This document shows, piece by piece, positions 50,401-60,300 of a stretch of 64,000 nucleotides of DNA; the stretch's first letter is position 1; each line of letters opens with the position of its first letter. The DNA comes from a virus, in IMG/VR virus record IMGVR_UViG_3300029845_000007; one strand, written 5' to 3'. The notes beneath the pieces were generated by a model. The model had not been told where the DNA came from and ran no database searches. It saw nothing but the letters and a program-made list of their open reading frames with translations. Position numbers and translations under genes: made by a program.

Positions 50401-53400
50401 TTCTTAACAATTTGCAGTCCTGCCTTATTTTCACCATCCATGTGTTGAGGAATATCTTGCTGGGTATAAAGATTAGAATACCAACCAGTTTTATACTTAG
50501 TTTGAATATCCAAGTTAAACTGTTTCAACCTTTCTTTAGAGGGGAATTTCCCATGAGAATCCCAAAATTCTAGTACTCTATTAGTAGTAGCTTTTTCAGT
50601 AGTAGTAAAGTTAACCTGACCTATATTATTATCAGTCATATATTTAGCTAAAGCAGCAAGTTCACTATTGCCTAAGAATCTAGGTATAAGTACGAACTCT
50701 GCATTTTTAATCTGAATAGGATTAGCTAACTTAGCATCATTATCTATTTCTAAGTCATAATAGAAGTTCTTTTGAACTTGTATCTTCTTAGATAATTCTC
50801 CTAACTTAACATTGTCAATAGGCTTACTTTCGTCATAAAGAGCTTCAATTAAATCTTTATAACTATCATACTCTCCACGTAGATACATTCTACGAACAAA
50901 TTCATCAAGAGTAATAAACGATTGAGCATCTGTTACTTCTGACTTATCTTTAGAGAACTGTTTAAGTATAAAAGCTCTAGTCTCTTTAGATACATTAGCT
51001 ATATCTAATTGCTTCTTTAAATCATCGAGAACTTTACCGCTACTTTGAACATCTTCAAGAGTAATATATTTGAAACTACTATCTATACTAATAGTCTTAT
51101 TAGGAGCTACTGTTATATCTCCCAAATGCTTTTGTACATTATATAAATCATATCCTGCATAAGCTAATCCTCCGGCTTGATATTCTTTGTTACGTTTAAT
51201 AGTATCACGAGAATCTTTATAATATGCTTCATCTCCGAAGAACATATCATTTAGATTATTATATTGAATCTCATAGTTAAGTACCATTTCTGCAATGAAA
51301 GCGTTAAATGATTCTTGACTAGCATTCTTATATTTATCTACAAACTCTTTATTAGAACTGTATTTAGCGACAGCTTCTTGTATTCTATAATTGATATAAT
51401 TATCTATATAATTATAAACTGAATTACGAAGCTCACCAGTAAGTCTAATATTATATTCTCCGTTCTCATCTTGTATTAGCGATATTTCACTATTCTTTCC
51501 CCCGTAAAGGAGTGAGAATACGTCACCTCCCTCGAATAGCCAATTCATATCCACTGTTTTAGCTGTCTCACTATTATAGTTATTAAGATTCTTAACTTTA
51601 TCAATAAGTAGACTTCTAAATTTAAATACATTACCAGTTGGTTTACCATTGCTATCAAGAATACTTTTACGATAATGATAGTTAAGTCTAGCTTCTGATT
51701 TACGTAAATCTTTAAACTCTTCTTTTATCTTAGGTTTACCGTTCTCATCTGATACAATAGTTACTACTCCATTCTCAACAGTTGTCTCAAATAAGAAGTT
51801 AATAGCTTGCGCCATTTCTGCGAGTTCTTTAGCATAAATATTAGCATAAGCTACATATATAGGATGTCCACGATTAATAGAGCTGTTAGCATTAAATAGT
51901 CCAGTATAATCTAACTTATAACTATTAAATACGAAAGTCTTAGGTGCATCAGAAGGAGTTTGAGTAAAGAACTTAGATTTCTTAACTCCTTTAGTCATCT
52001 CATAATTGTCACCATTATTAGCGTATTCATTAAGCGTAATAATATCCCACTCAAGAGCATTAATATCTTTATAAGATTTAGCCTTTCCTGTTACTTCATT
52101 ACTAACTCCGTTATATAATTGTGCACCAAATTCACGATAATATTCAGTTAGTTTATAACCAGTATCTGTAAGACGAAGTAAACCTGGGACTATTTTTCCA
52201 TTAGACAAAGTTTTCTCAATAAGAATATTACTATATCTGTATTGAGGAATATTAGTAAATTTAACTAAGTAATCACGTAGTTCGGTATTACTAACAGGAT
52301 TATCATTATAACGATTATCGTTAATTCTTTCAAAGAACTTACTTATATAGTTGTTTTTTAGAATATCACTAACTAGATTGTTCTCTGCATTAATACTATT
52401 AAATTCAGAATCTACTATCTGATAATCTTTAAATCTATTAGATATACGATTGGCTATATTATTAGCATAACCACCTTTGTATTGTAGTTGAGATTTATCA
52501 AAAGGAACTACCACATATTCTTCATTCTCTTTAGTTTTAGCATATTCACCTGCATAATAGATACGTTGTGCTTCATTATCTATCTTTAATAGATTAGTCG
52601 CCTTACCTACTACTTTATTAAACTCTAACAAATCATCGACAATAGAAGAGATATTAGAAAGTTGGTTATCACCGAAGTTACGAACGTAGTTAACAACACC
52701 CTGTCTATTGATGCCGAAGTTATACTTATTAAAAATTGCAGCAATTTGCTCCGTAATTTCTTGGATTTCATTTGTGTTAGAATTTTTTAGTGTAGATAAT
52801 CTGTTTTTAAGTTCGTCTAATACGGCAATATCATTAGCCATAATAGAAGGATTGTGAATAAGTGAATCGAAACTATTAAGTATTTTGTTTTGTAGATTAA
52901 GTTTAGGAAAAGTATTACGATTCTTAGTAACCACATTAGAACCGTCTTGACTATAAACTACTTCATTACGTTCCCAAATAGATTGTTTTAGTTGAGTAAA
53001 TATCTTATTTCTCATCTGAACATTGGCTTCGTCTTCTAGTAAACGTGCAGCATATTCTAAATGAGATACTTCTTTAAATCTTGCAGCAATAGTATGGAAA
53101 CTCTCTATCATAGCTTCAACACTAGAGAAATTACCATAGTTATTAATAGCTTTAAAAGAACTAGAAAAAGTAGTACTTTCAGCCATGCCTGAATAAGTAT
53201 TATTAGAAGTATCAGGCTGTTCATTTATAAAACTATTACTATTTGTTTTAGGTAAACGAGCAAACCATTCTTTTACTTCTTTGCTAACATTTTTATCTAT
53301 ATCTTTTCGTTGGTCAGATATTTCAGACCAATCAGCACGAAGAGCAGCAATAGTTTCTTGGTCATCTTGACGAGAGTTTTGTTCACTATCTTCTTTAACA

Positions 53401-54128
53401 TCATCATTAGATTCAAAATCTTCATTAGTATCTATACCAAACTCTTTGCTAAGACTAACTACTTCCGGTGAGTTAATTACTATATCAAATAACTCATTAC
53501 GATTATAATTACCGCCATCGTAAAGATTACGAATAATAGTACCTACATAAGCCTTTTGTTCTTGAGTAAGTTTCTTATCATTCTCTTTTAGATGTCTATT
53601 AAGATAAGTAATCATAGTCAGCTTTATAGCGGCTTGAGGACTTAACTCATTACCAGCTTTATCCTTTATTACTTCGTTTTCACCCTTACGTTTTTTATTA
53701 GCAAGAGCTTTACGAATACTTCCTTGACTCTTTAAATAAATAGTAGCAAGAATATTAATAGCGTGGTCTTCTTTCGCTATGTCATTACCAAATACACCAG
53801 TCCGTGAAGTACGAACGTTCTGAACATAATCTTTACTATTGATAATCTCTCTGTTATTATATGCTATTATAGCATTAACAGTATTAGTATCAATATTCTC
53901 ATCATTAAAATCTCTACCAGTCTTTTCTTTATACCAATCACGAAAACTATTGTCTTCGATAGTAGCAAGGTATTCAGTAGACTTTCTAACATCATTATTA
54001 GTAAGCGTTAATAGCTTATCTAATTTAGGGTTACTAGGAATACAACTCATATACTTTATATTATTAATTAAGTTATTACTAACATTACCAAAGATAGCAT
54101 TATTATCAATACTATCAAATAGATTCAT
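41409..54128 (-). CDS. Giant virion protein (4239 aa) containing a DPBB-type RNA polymerase catalytic domain. Likely a virion-packaged RNAP fusion.
   Basis: Uninterrupted 12.7 kb ORF. ...VVPDEWVLQTGADFDIDSIYG... (about residue 1495, DNA about 49627-49641) matches the universal Mg-binding xADFDxD motif of multisubunit and crAss-like virion RNAPs. Four copies of the dispersed motif lie inside (46424, 48286 weak, 50533 weak, 51496). Confidence 0.6.
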   Translation of the reverse strand: MNLFDSIDNNAIFGNVSNNLINNIKYMSCIPSNPKLDKLLTLTNNDVRKSTEYLATIEDNSFRDWYKEKTGRDFNDENIDTNTVNAIIAYNNREIINSKDYVQNVRTSRTGVFGNDIAKEDHAINILATIYLKSQGSIRKALANKKRKGENEVIKDKAGNELSPQAAIKLTMITYLNRHLKENDKKLTQEQKAYVGTIIRNLYDGGNYNRNELFDIVINSPEVVSLSKEFGIDTNEDFESNDDVKEDSEQNSRQDDQETIAALRADWSEISDQRKDIDKNVSKEVKEWFARLPKTNSNSFINEQPDTSNNTYSGMAESTTFSSSFKAINNYGNFSSVEAMIESFHTIAARFKEVSHLEYAARLLEDEANVQMRNKIFTQLKQSIWERNEVVYSQDGSNVVTKNRNTFPKLNLQNKILNSFDSLIHNPSIMANDIAVLDELKNRLSTLKNSNTNEIQEITEQIAAIFNKYNFGINRQGVVNYVRNFGDNQLSNISSIVDDLLEFNKVVGKATNLLKIDNEAQRIYYAGEYAKTKENEEYVVVPFDKSQLQYKGGYANNIANRISNRFKDYQIVDSEFNSINAENNLVSDILKNNYISKFFERINDNRYNDNPVSNTELRDYLVKFTNIPQYRYSNILIEKTLSNGKIVPGLLRLTDTGYKLTEYYREFGAQLYNGVSNEVTGKAKSYKDINALEWDIITLNEYANNGDNYEMTKGVKKSKFFTQTPSDAPKTFVFNSYKLDYTGLFNANSSINRGHPIYVAYANIYAKELAEMAQAINFLFETTVENGVVTIVSDENGKPKIKEEFKDLRKSEARLNYHYRKSILDSNGKPTGNVFKFRSLLIDKVKNLNNYNSETAKTVDMNWLFEGGDVFSLLYGGKNSEISLIQDENGEYNIRLTGELRNSVYNYIDNYINYRIQEAVAKYSSNKEFVDKYKNASQESFNAFIAEMVLNYEIQYNNLNDMFFGDEAYYKDSRDTIKRNKEYQAGGLAYAGYDLYNVQKHLGDITVAPNKTISIDSSFKYITLEDVQSSGKVLDDLKKQLDIANVSKETRAFILKQFSKDKSEVTDAQSFITLDEFVRRMYLRGEYDSYKDLIEALYDESKPIDNVKLGELSKKIQVQKNFYYDLEIDNDAKLANPIQIKNAEFVLIPRFLGNSELAALAKYMTDNNIGQVNFTTTEKATTNRVLEFWDSHGKFPSKERLKQFNLDIQTKYKTGWYSNLYTQQDIPQHMDGENKAGLQIVKKLIDNIGNTPEGQSLIKDFFDNFTANIQDSFKDAAARIGVEIDAKGNVVYEGNQAKIDNNQFISLIKDELTRRGLDSNYRKYAEINPETGLPYMPAWTNLVRSKIENIVNSIFTNRVTRQVLPGFHASQVSDIGMTELSGRSDLRDLMQSRVEEKHGYSLGRKLTYHKDGSQIVEILLPKWMVKAYNTYDAEGNLVKEVTLKDLQNAGLDTMIGYRIPTEGKQSVAVMKVVGLLDESQGSTIVVPDEWVLQTGADFDIDSIYGIYHTAYFDRNGKPHKVEYIGGEDEVSTYRRYIGYVNSLIDKETRKATNSEFTKEEFKEARKAARETVLKANEEYDKFLTDQVRDLIAETDETWAELPREIKDNLTITFKSKELKFGERVDAIVSKMDFYESEYANDEYVAKFAQQYRNIQSVINEQREFYQNVKDNAEQLAIDYADETRRARLEQTIQARAEIVGAMSLEEFSQLTVAQQNTRDARNNKIVDTFINIMNLPVSIGENLSSSNFEDIKAAKSNIFEGLSETYRNINSVIAQNWYRDANMSGARLKAISVNRDNFASIGNKAKTIIDGAHGGFRFVYTYNTEKEAKDAQAKLRKRFRDVTRSGKEVMVDHNQLGWSYDNLNIDNRLITPYSSETTALILDGVKEGGVPNVDLYTFDVYKSIVDCGANYETSILFVNQPVITELIARQNANDNVFGETGFNPLIGLRRDMYIRLAKTVGIPANSITKKTRLKDVKAMLEARGITINENELLEEGIRVTELREHLKDDVESTSYNNTDNLIYQIKALRAFEYFKEIGDQINTNMMVITSDKFGAGKSANEIDNVINRITDIKNNNIARIKKGNPVLKAVTEEGNKYLIDAIYPKISFNTINDINQDDSESAYPSLYYQLKYSCIATEKIIRDSEIFKTQTPQFRELVSKFDVRNLQTIQQLESFIINMSQAQSNFVNTNRFITRSDNEFIPSYNLNLISSQQNTRARLYGYTNVIGSFDMSDMSEKNVEAFMKLSPANKVVLIQRYTSDDNLFKNLNVEYKGRRNSYDRISIIDSTISTESQYQMFRNAWHSNNPFVKLTAMDLVRYSMVVEGYKFKGGTVSKIIPVELLYGQDTGIDSDNGVSTATNIINDSDKAINSMVQYGSETGTYERLSNDDKAIEKLRDLFFRTNPNNPDVLTFENKKYKESNKIVFNRLGVGMLSFKEAQERRMITGSEDNRKYRHYAKTNDNNKVLRLYKLVYDNDVVYMLPTNPLEQNEIGEISVNPDNNRMFLPLDILEEISINQYDPAFISSINIAMNSDIRKFVVLPKAFEAGANLLIEEAFPNSTVLTSPIKEQQVDTSRRYIIAATDNQVILDTIESLEAVGITNYVVVAPNMNYGNIRKLINDRNNIDIAAKRLQTSMTKLEANEVQLRKKKSDNSESPYYAQLKASINQTIEDVNVNGIGFVPVLQTVVDNTGFRAGGYFRYEKEGNVYIVTNLGRVTTKSVGLTPDYMYSKKVTINSVSQLQFPRRNAITQVVKENARLDKFANNNIIRVQTEDNFINEDILESALIDNDKEINDYISRVIESVERSNANVEEAALNDAFRSFTAIDLRSNTATKLNDNLREQALRIINGYTNRRIDDFLFDIHNFFTTYVTNPDGTYKLDENGNKIVQEKWSITNKKLFDLMLKDETLRTRYEMFLDDINRFVEDYSIIEAIQPYNIDEAYTVSETEEEIEGLRRTNDMLKQIKDKFKRIKDLDNVVKRSTKMYFDSYITSLSSDPRVQSNMLSITEAFEDENFFQFWLADSQETHIPIVQIVLKQMMNQLRASEIEARDKKIAFTSAISAIIEDAKNNGIDVSLNDILDENGNLLLPYNETFTEKLRSLKEAVKLAQIEDPNGRDGLIYKKAKDELEKFLIDNVEREYVKEMYQEYYNTNQLLNKYPETYVKLMKLLHEEGDILSTMIDNDYSTLTVQNERRLNEIQSELTEMRAVIDVDGNYKENYYEANAVNNYLLSRRQLNNKYKENRPKDAFTIRYKQAIEGLQYPETSETYRESAEWLKANTDYKLKGEFLDELKKAYMDTRAGNPFDSFVRTMAYGKYDETGVIDGTKFTEVQIANLKKHQEQMFAAAVGRVKPNEEQAQKWLDEHISYINTVYYEAMYVAMNKMGKVVFDKWYNENHVLNPITKEYEPLAIWRQMIVKDEANNMEYSPKYKWLETKVKDKYKNPNYDEVKLQPSTNKYRNDKYYGMNNYQQQLYNEVDNLLNSLVKDKRSRAYINRGYLPNQAVEQPHQGFTDYWQDFKRSHGWYDTPNKSDIELNLYKRFSNAPMLHSLSEIKLLPIREKQEGETTDEYLAYVRETQARNNELRKQRAQENVERNNPNVLERLNSFIDSMYNFNTRNDIARLAKITSNQLRNMDIIKRNPNDKLMDNRLLSRITGKQEIRTTKSDDSNIVKHFENQVRKLVFNEFEMDEGTRSKVSRVMRNMVSSKFMMLNVTGGIANVLYGKTQIQMEMAAGQFFKYKDFRKGENEWMQNVGSYLADAYNETTNNETNAIIRLFNVIESDMITERYGKGNNPMGKLENLLFIQQTAGEHYMQNATLLAMLHSHRVVTVNGKNKVMSFEQFAMGLREEALLKVLRKNNPELVTKYETFRDKVLESYIEKERYVKFKADIITDFLRSVPKEIREEFKATYKEDTKEERTKFENHPSFRESLILKNGVAILKPDSGLTNNDIAAFRNKVISVNHQIHGIYDKIGANQLQQSWWGALLMQFHKHLVPGFQKRFGYRLGHFDGIYNETRESISKGTYVSLGEFIAMPFKKYYELNDSNELQAVRTLQGIAKGYADFVANLTTYYNILPEYDKANIRRCLGEWIAITKAVALFVVGKLMLDDDDDSTQVADYILYSADRLMSEIIQYTPWGLANEGKKLYSQPVAALSIAQDNLRLLGALCSYIITGNPDDLYYNSGSYSDENKLVVNFFKQVPLVNQIIKHERLGANNSYYKVRSSPFSGLGQVVANMITDEDEE

Positions 54129-54315
54129 TAGACGGACGAAAACCGCACGTTACGAAGGCAGATGGATGCCCGTAGACCTCAAATTCCTGCCGAATTTCGC
54201 ATTTTATATGCTATCGTGATAGTAAGATAAGGAAAATATAAAAGTCCGGCAGATGCGCTTAAAATGGCTCATTCTAAGGCTCTCTGCCGGACTTTCGTCT
54301 CTAGGCTTATCTTAC

Positions 54316-57300
54316 TTAACTACATACGAAACTAAGCTCACCAGTGTCAAACAAATGCGTCACAATAGCCTTTTGTCGATTATTCAATCCCTCAATCAGA
54401 CTATCGAAATTATCGACTTGACGGTAGTTATCACTTATACTACTATCTAAATCTAAGTCTATATCAGGAATATCAAATACATCATCAGTAGGAACGCTAA
54501 CATCTTCCTCTGCTCTATCAAAAGTATCGTCATGAGTAACAGTAGAAGTACTAGCTGTATCACTAGTTTCTAATCCAATAGTAGATAAACGATTACGAAC
54601 TTCTCCAAGTAATGTATTATCTATTTGTCCTATCTTACCTATTAATTCTACTAAAGCATCTACTATTTTAGTAAATAGGTTGTTTGATTCAATAGTAGGA
54701 TTAGAATCATACTTAATTCTAGCTAGTAATCTAGCAAATGTGCGATTAGTAATAGCTTCGACTACAAACTCTTCAATAGCAACAGCTCTAGGTTTACTAC
54801 TATTTAAGAAATCTCCATACTCATCTATTAGACGAGAATCTTGATTAATAAAGTTAGCAAACTTATCGTATAAGTCTCCGAATGATTGTTCTATATTAGC
54901 ACGTTCATCATTAAGTAGATAATGTACACCTTCATGTATAAGAGTAAGAACTCTACGTTCAGGAGCAAGACTATTAAAACGATTACTAAGAGTAATAGTA
55001 TTACCACCAGCGACTATTCCTGCAAATCTACCTTTTTCACCTACTGTTTCAATATCAGGACTAAGTTTAATACCAGCAGATTCTAATGCAGATACAACAG
55101 ATAATAGATTAGGATTATCAGTATTAGCTTGTGCAACTTCCATAAGAGTACCTATTTGAGGAACACTGTCTTGACTAGCAAGTGGGTCAGGTACAACTAC
55201 GGGAGACACAGTTTGTTGCCCCTTTATGGGGGAAGTAGCGGCGTTAGCCGCGTCAGTACGACTAGCATTGCGACTAGGATTCATAAGGGTAATAGTCCTA
55301 TTATAAACATCACCAACATAATTAAAGTTACTAACAATATTACCTTTACTATCAGTAACACTTCCTAAATCAGTAACCAATACTCCGTCCTTAGCTACAA
55401 ATTCTTCATAACTACTATAACCAGTATCAAACCATTCATCTTGAAGTATATTAGGTATCTTAGCTTGTAACTTACCGCCTACTACTCTAAATAAACTAGA
55501 TTCACCACGAATAGCCGAATTAACAACATTACGAGTAAGTAAAGCATATACTTCTTGTAACATTTTACTAAAGTTACCATGATTATTAGTAGGAACAAAA
55601 CCATTAGGCATACGAGCCATAAGTCTTCTAGGTTTAAGTTCACCAGGAATAGAGAAAGCTACATTTCTATCTTTAAGATTAAAATAAATAGTTGGTGCAA
55701 CTCTATTAATAGGTATTAAAGCATGACCTCTTACTTCATAACCATACAATACTTTCTGTTTACCTATATATTTAGATACTTCTTCTAATAGTTGAGTATG
55801 AAGATTTTCATTGCCTTGTAAAGTAGCATCTAATAAAGAATGAAGTAGTTTATCTAATCCTTCATTAAACCTCTTAGTATATTCAGTAGCACCAGTTTCA
55901 CTATTACTCATAGTATTCTCACGACTAGGAACTGCAATAAGTCTTCCTTCTGAATCTTTAATAGTCATACCTACTACATTTCTAGGAATACGACTAGCCG
56001 CAATAATAGTATTGGTTTTAATATCAGCTACTCCACCGTCAACTCCTACTACTAAACGATAACCGTCAGTTGCTTCACTAGTAGTAACATCTCCAAACTT
56101 ACGATATATAGGATTACCTTGTTTATCTTTAGCATAAATAACACTACCTGAACTTGTACGTCCAACAACTAGACGTTTCTTTTTAGACTTAGTTTTACTA
56201 ATAGAGGACTTTAAGTTATTAATGTCCGTATAAGACTTCTTGAGTTTATTCATCCAATTAGTTAACGAATCGTTAACAATGGTACTAAAATCAGACTGAT
56301 TAACATTAAGAGCATTATTAAAGAATATAATACTATTAAGATGTCTAATCCTATCTAATAGATTAGTTTGAGTATCACCGAATAAACTAGTTAGATTCTT
56401 CCAGTTCTTATTCTCTTGTAAAGCATTAAGCTGATGTCCGAATGTTCCTTCAACTTCAGGGTTATTACGAACACGATACAAACGACGTATATTATTAAGT
56501 GTTTGTACAAACTCTTTAGCACTTTCATCTTCATTACTAATAATAGATTGGAGTTGCGTTATAAAATCTATATTACCATTTCTAACAGTGTATCTCCAAC
56601 CTTGATTTATAACTTCAACGTTCCCATTATTATAATTAATTTTAGGAAACTCACCTATCTTAATTCCACGAGATTTAACGATAAGATTATCGTTTTCATC
56701 TAGTTCTACATTTACTGTATCATTAGTCTTTAACTGACCGATACGAGAGTAAACCTTACTATCATTTAGATTAACTAGATTAAAGAAGTAACCATTATCT
56801 TTAGTATTCTGTCTATTCTCTGCAATAGCATTTTCTAATGTCTTACTTGCAGACTGTATAATATCAGAAGGCGTCTTAACTTCTGTATCAACATTAACTA
56901 TCTTACCGTTTATTATTTGACGATTAGCTAAAACTTTAATATCATTATACAGATTAATAGCTCTAGGATTAAGTTGTTGTAAATATATCATCATATCATT
57001 AAGACTAGTAAAAGTTTTACCTTCTACTTCATTGCCTTGTATCTGATTATACAAGTCTATGATAAGATTGATTTCTTCTATACGTTGACGCTGACCTTCT
57101 AAATCATTATCAGATATAGCTGATTCAAGAACTGTATCATCAGTTCTAGTATCTTCTTTCTTAGAAGTATCTACAACAGTAATATCTCCAATAGCAATAG
57201 CTGCATTAAGTTCTTCAATAGTGACATCAGCAATTATATTGCCTTTAGCATCTAATCCGTCAATACTTACATTTCCGAATCTACTAATACGAATATCAAT

Positions 57301-60300
57301 ATCGTTAACTTTAACTGGTTTACGAGATACGTCACTAAGACTTGCAAAAGGATTTACTATCGTAAATTCAAGATTACCTATATTAGACTTATTTACAATA
57401 CCTGAATTAGATTGAGATACTACTTTGTCTAACGTTTCCTTTAATTTCTTCTCTTTTGCAGTCTTTGGTTTAGGTCTAGGCTTAGGCTTAACTTCTAGTT
57501 CTTCTTGAGTCGTCGCTTCGCTCCTCCCTTCCCCCATAGAGAAGGTTTCTTGCTGATTCTCCGGCTGTCTTTGCTGTACTTCATTCTGTATAGCTAACTT
57601 ATTTCTTCTCTTAGTAATAGCTTCTCTTAGATTACTTATTTCATTCTTACCATTCTCTGAATTAGTTAAAATACTAACAGCATTAGATAAACTCTTATTG
57701 CTAGTATTCTGACTTTCTTCATCAGTAAACGCATTATCTAGTGCTTTCTCAAGATTACCAAGCTCTTCTTCATTAGCCATATTAACAAAGTCATTAAGAT
57801 TCTTCTTTGCTGATTTAACTAGATTCTTAGCTGCATCTTCTAATTCTTTCTTACGAGTATCTTCAAATTCCTTAGCTTGTTCATTAGTAGTAATAATACG
57901 AGAACGATAATTATCTCTACGAATTTCATCAAGAAGTATCTGTCCCATATTATCCATATACTCTGAATTAATATTATGAACTTGTTTAGCAAGAGTACCA
58001 AGACTAAAGTCTTTACCTGCCTGTTTAAACAGAGCTACATCACTTTCATCAAGTTCTTCTATTTGTTTCTTGATTAAGTTGTTCTGTTCTTCGCTACCTT
58101 CTATTCCTAATGCAATATTCTCTACACTACGAACATTATCTAGAAACAGACTTTCCATAGAACTTAAACCTCTTCGTAAGTCTGTAACCTTAGATTCAAT
58201 TATTCGCGATAAATCAATATACTGACTAGCTTGCGCTCTATCTAAAGGATTGTTACTATTCTTTAGACTATTATAAGTAGACATTACTTCTCTACGATAC
58301 TGTTCTAATATACCTAATTGCATACGATTCTTAGCCATTGGATTAAGAACTTCATTAATAGCCGGTATGCTATTCTCTAATTGAGATTGAATAGTATTAA
58401 GTCTTTCTACTCGTTTATTTAATAAGTCCGCTTCTTGTGCATTAACTATATTCTCTGATATAGCAACATCTAGTAAAGCATCATCAATATTAGCACTACG
58501 TAACGCAGTAGAATAATTGACATATCTATCGAGAACAGTACGCATAGTTTTCTTTAATTCTTGCGTATCTCTATCGTATTCAACATCATCTACAAGACCT
58601 GAATCAACTAGTTTCTTCTTTAGTCTAGGGTCTTCAATATAATCTTCAAGTAGTTCATAATTACCTGAACGAATAGCATTTAAAGTAAGAGTAGTAGTAA
58701 ACTTCTCTTTAGCCGCTGCCCGCAAATCTTCTTGTTCTTCAGGGCTAACCTTAGTATAACGAGTAGTACCAACTGTTGGGTCTTGACTAACAGTACCGTC
58801 ATCTAAATAAGTAATAGGATTACCATTAGCATCACGTTCTATTTGATATGGATTCTCACCATTATCAATAATCTGCATCTGACGAGCATACTCATTGAAT
58901 ACCTGTTCACGACCATTTATTTCAGCAATACGTTGTTTCTCTTCTACATTACCACCTTTACGATTATTAATAGCTGACATAGTACCACCAAAAGTAATAC
59001 CACCAATAACTCCCCAAAGTGCAGCATTGTATAATTGAGGATTCTGCAAGTACTTCTCTATTCTATCCATAGATACAGCACCATTGTATTGTTCAGCTTG
59101 ACCTAACAAATAACGACCGTATAAAGTACCTTCTTCTTGACCTACAAAGTTAATAGCTTCTTCAATACCTTCTGTTAATTCAGATAATAGTAGATTCTCA
59201 CTAGAATTAACAAAGCGATTTATTTTACCTGCAAAATCTTTAATAGTACCTTTTGCCGCTTGACCTAAAGTTTGACTAGCAGATTCAACACCAGTAGAAG
59301 CTATTCTATCGAGAGCTTGATTCTGTGAATAACGAATACGTGGAGTAATAGCACGATTGACTTGTCCTATTGCTTTATTAACAGCACGTAACTGCATGAA
59401 ATCAAAGAATACGTTACCTGCGTTATAACCAAAGTTACGCATAGCTGCCTTATCTGCAACTATAAGAGCAGCTTCTTCTTTAGTTCTTTCTTTAGCCTCA
59501 CTTGCAATATCAGGATTGTTATCTAACCAATTCTGAAACTCTTCGTCAGACATTCCAGTAAATAGAGACAATGCTTCACCTTCTATTTGTTCTGCAACAC
59601 CACGAGCTTCTTGATAATTCTCACCTAAACGCATACCAATAGCTGTAATACCGTCATTAGCTAATATCTTTAATCTATTAGCACGATATACATTATCTAA
59701 TTTAGTAGCCTTCTTTGCCCAATTCATTGCACGACTTACTTTAGAACTACTACGTCCTAATGCTGCAACTCCTTTACCAACAGCTCCAACTCCTTTAGTT
59801 AAAAGAGTGCCAGGAATCATTAAAGATAGAGAACTAGCAATACTAGGAACTTGACTAAAGAACCAACCTGAAAAGTCATTCATATCAAATGCTTTATCAG
59901 GGTTCTCACGATATATAGGAAATAAATCGTCACGAACATAATCAGATATAGTATCACCAGCTCTTGTAATAGGATTACTAAAAGGTTTATCATCCCATAA
60001 TCCGGCAGTAGCTAAATCTATTAGCATACCCATACCTCCAACAGTATCACCAATAACAGTACCAATAGTTTGTCCTAAAGCATTACTTGCCTGTTTCCAA
60101 GCTGATTGATTCTTAGCACGTAGAGTTTCTAATTCTTCTCTACTTTGATACCTATTAGGTTCAGCACCATACTTAGCTAATGAATGATAATCTTCCTCTG
60201 TACCAGTAAACACTTCTTTACCTGTAAGATTACGAAACATAAAGTTGCCTTGTGCAGCAACATCAGGTTTATATTTAGTAACAGTAGGAACATCATTAGC

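Noticed and set aside
41409-54128. Inteins inside the 4239-aa protein
   Set aside because: No His-Asn plus Cys/Ser/Thr splice-junction pairs with LAGLIDADG/HNH blocks were seen. The large size is more simply explained by domain fusion.
42919-57415. Short plus-strand ORFs inside the giant minus-strand genes (42919, 44285, 46399, 48166, 48623, 48633, 53839, 54253, 55129, 56434, 57221)
   Set aside because: Antisense to long uninterrupted ORFs with clear protein motifs.
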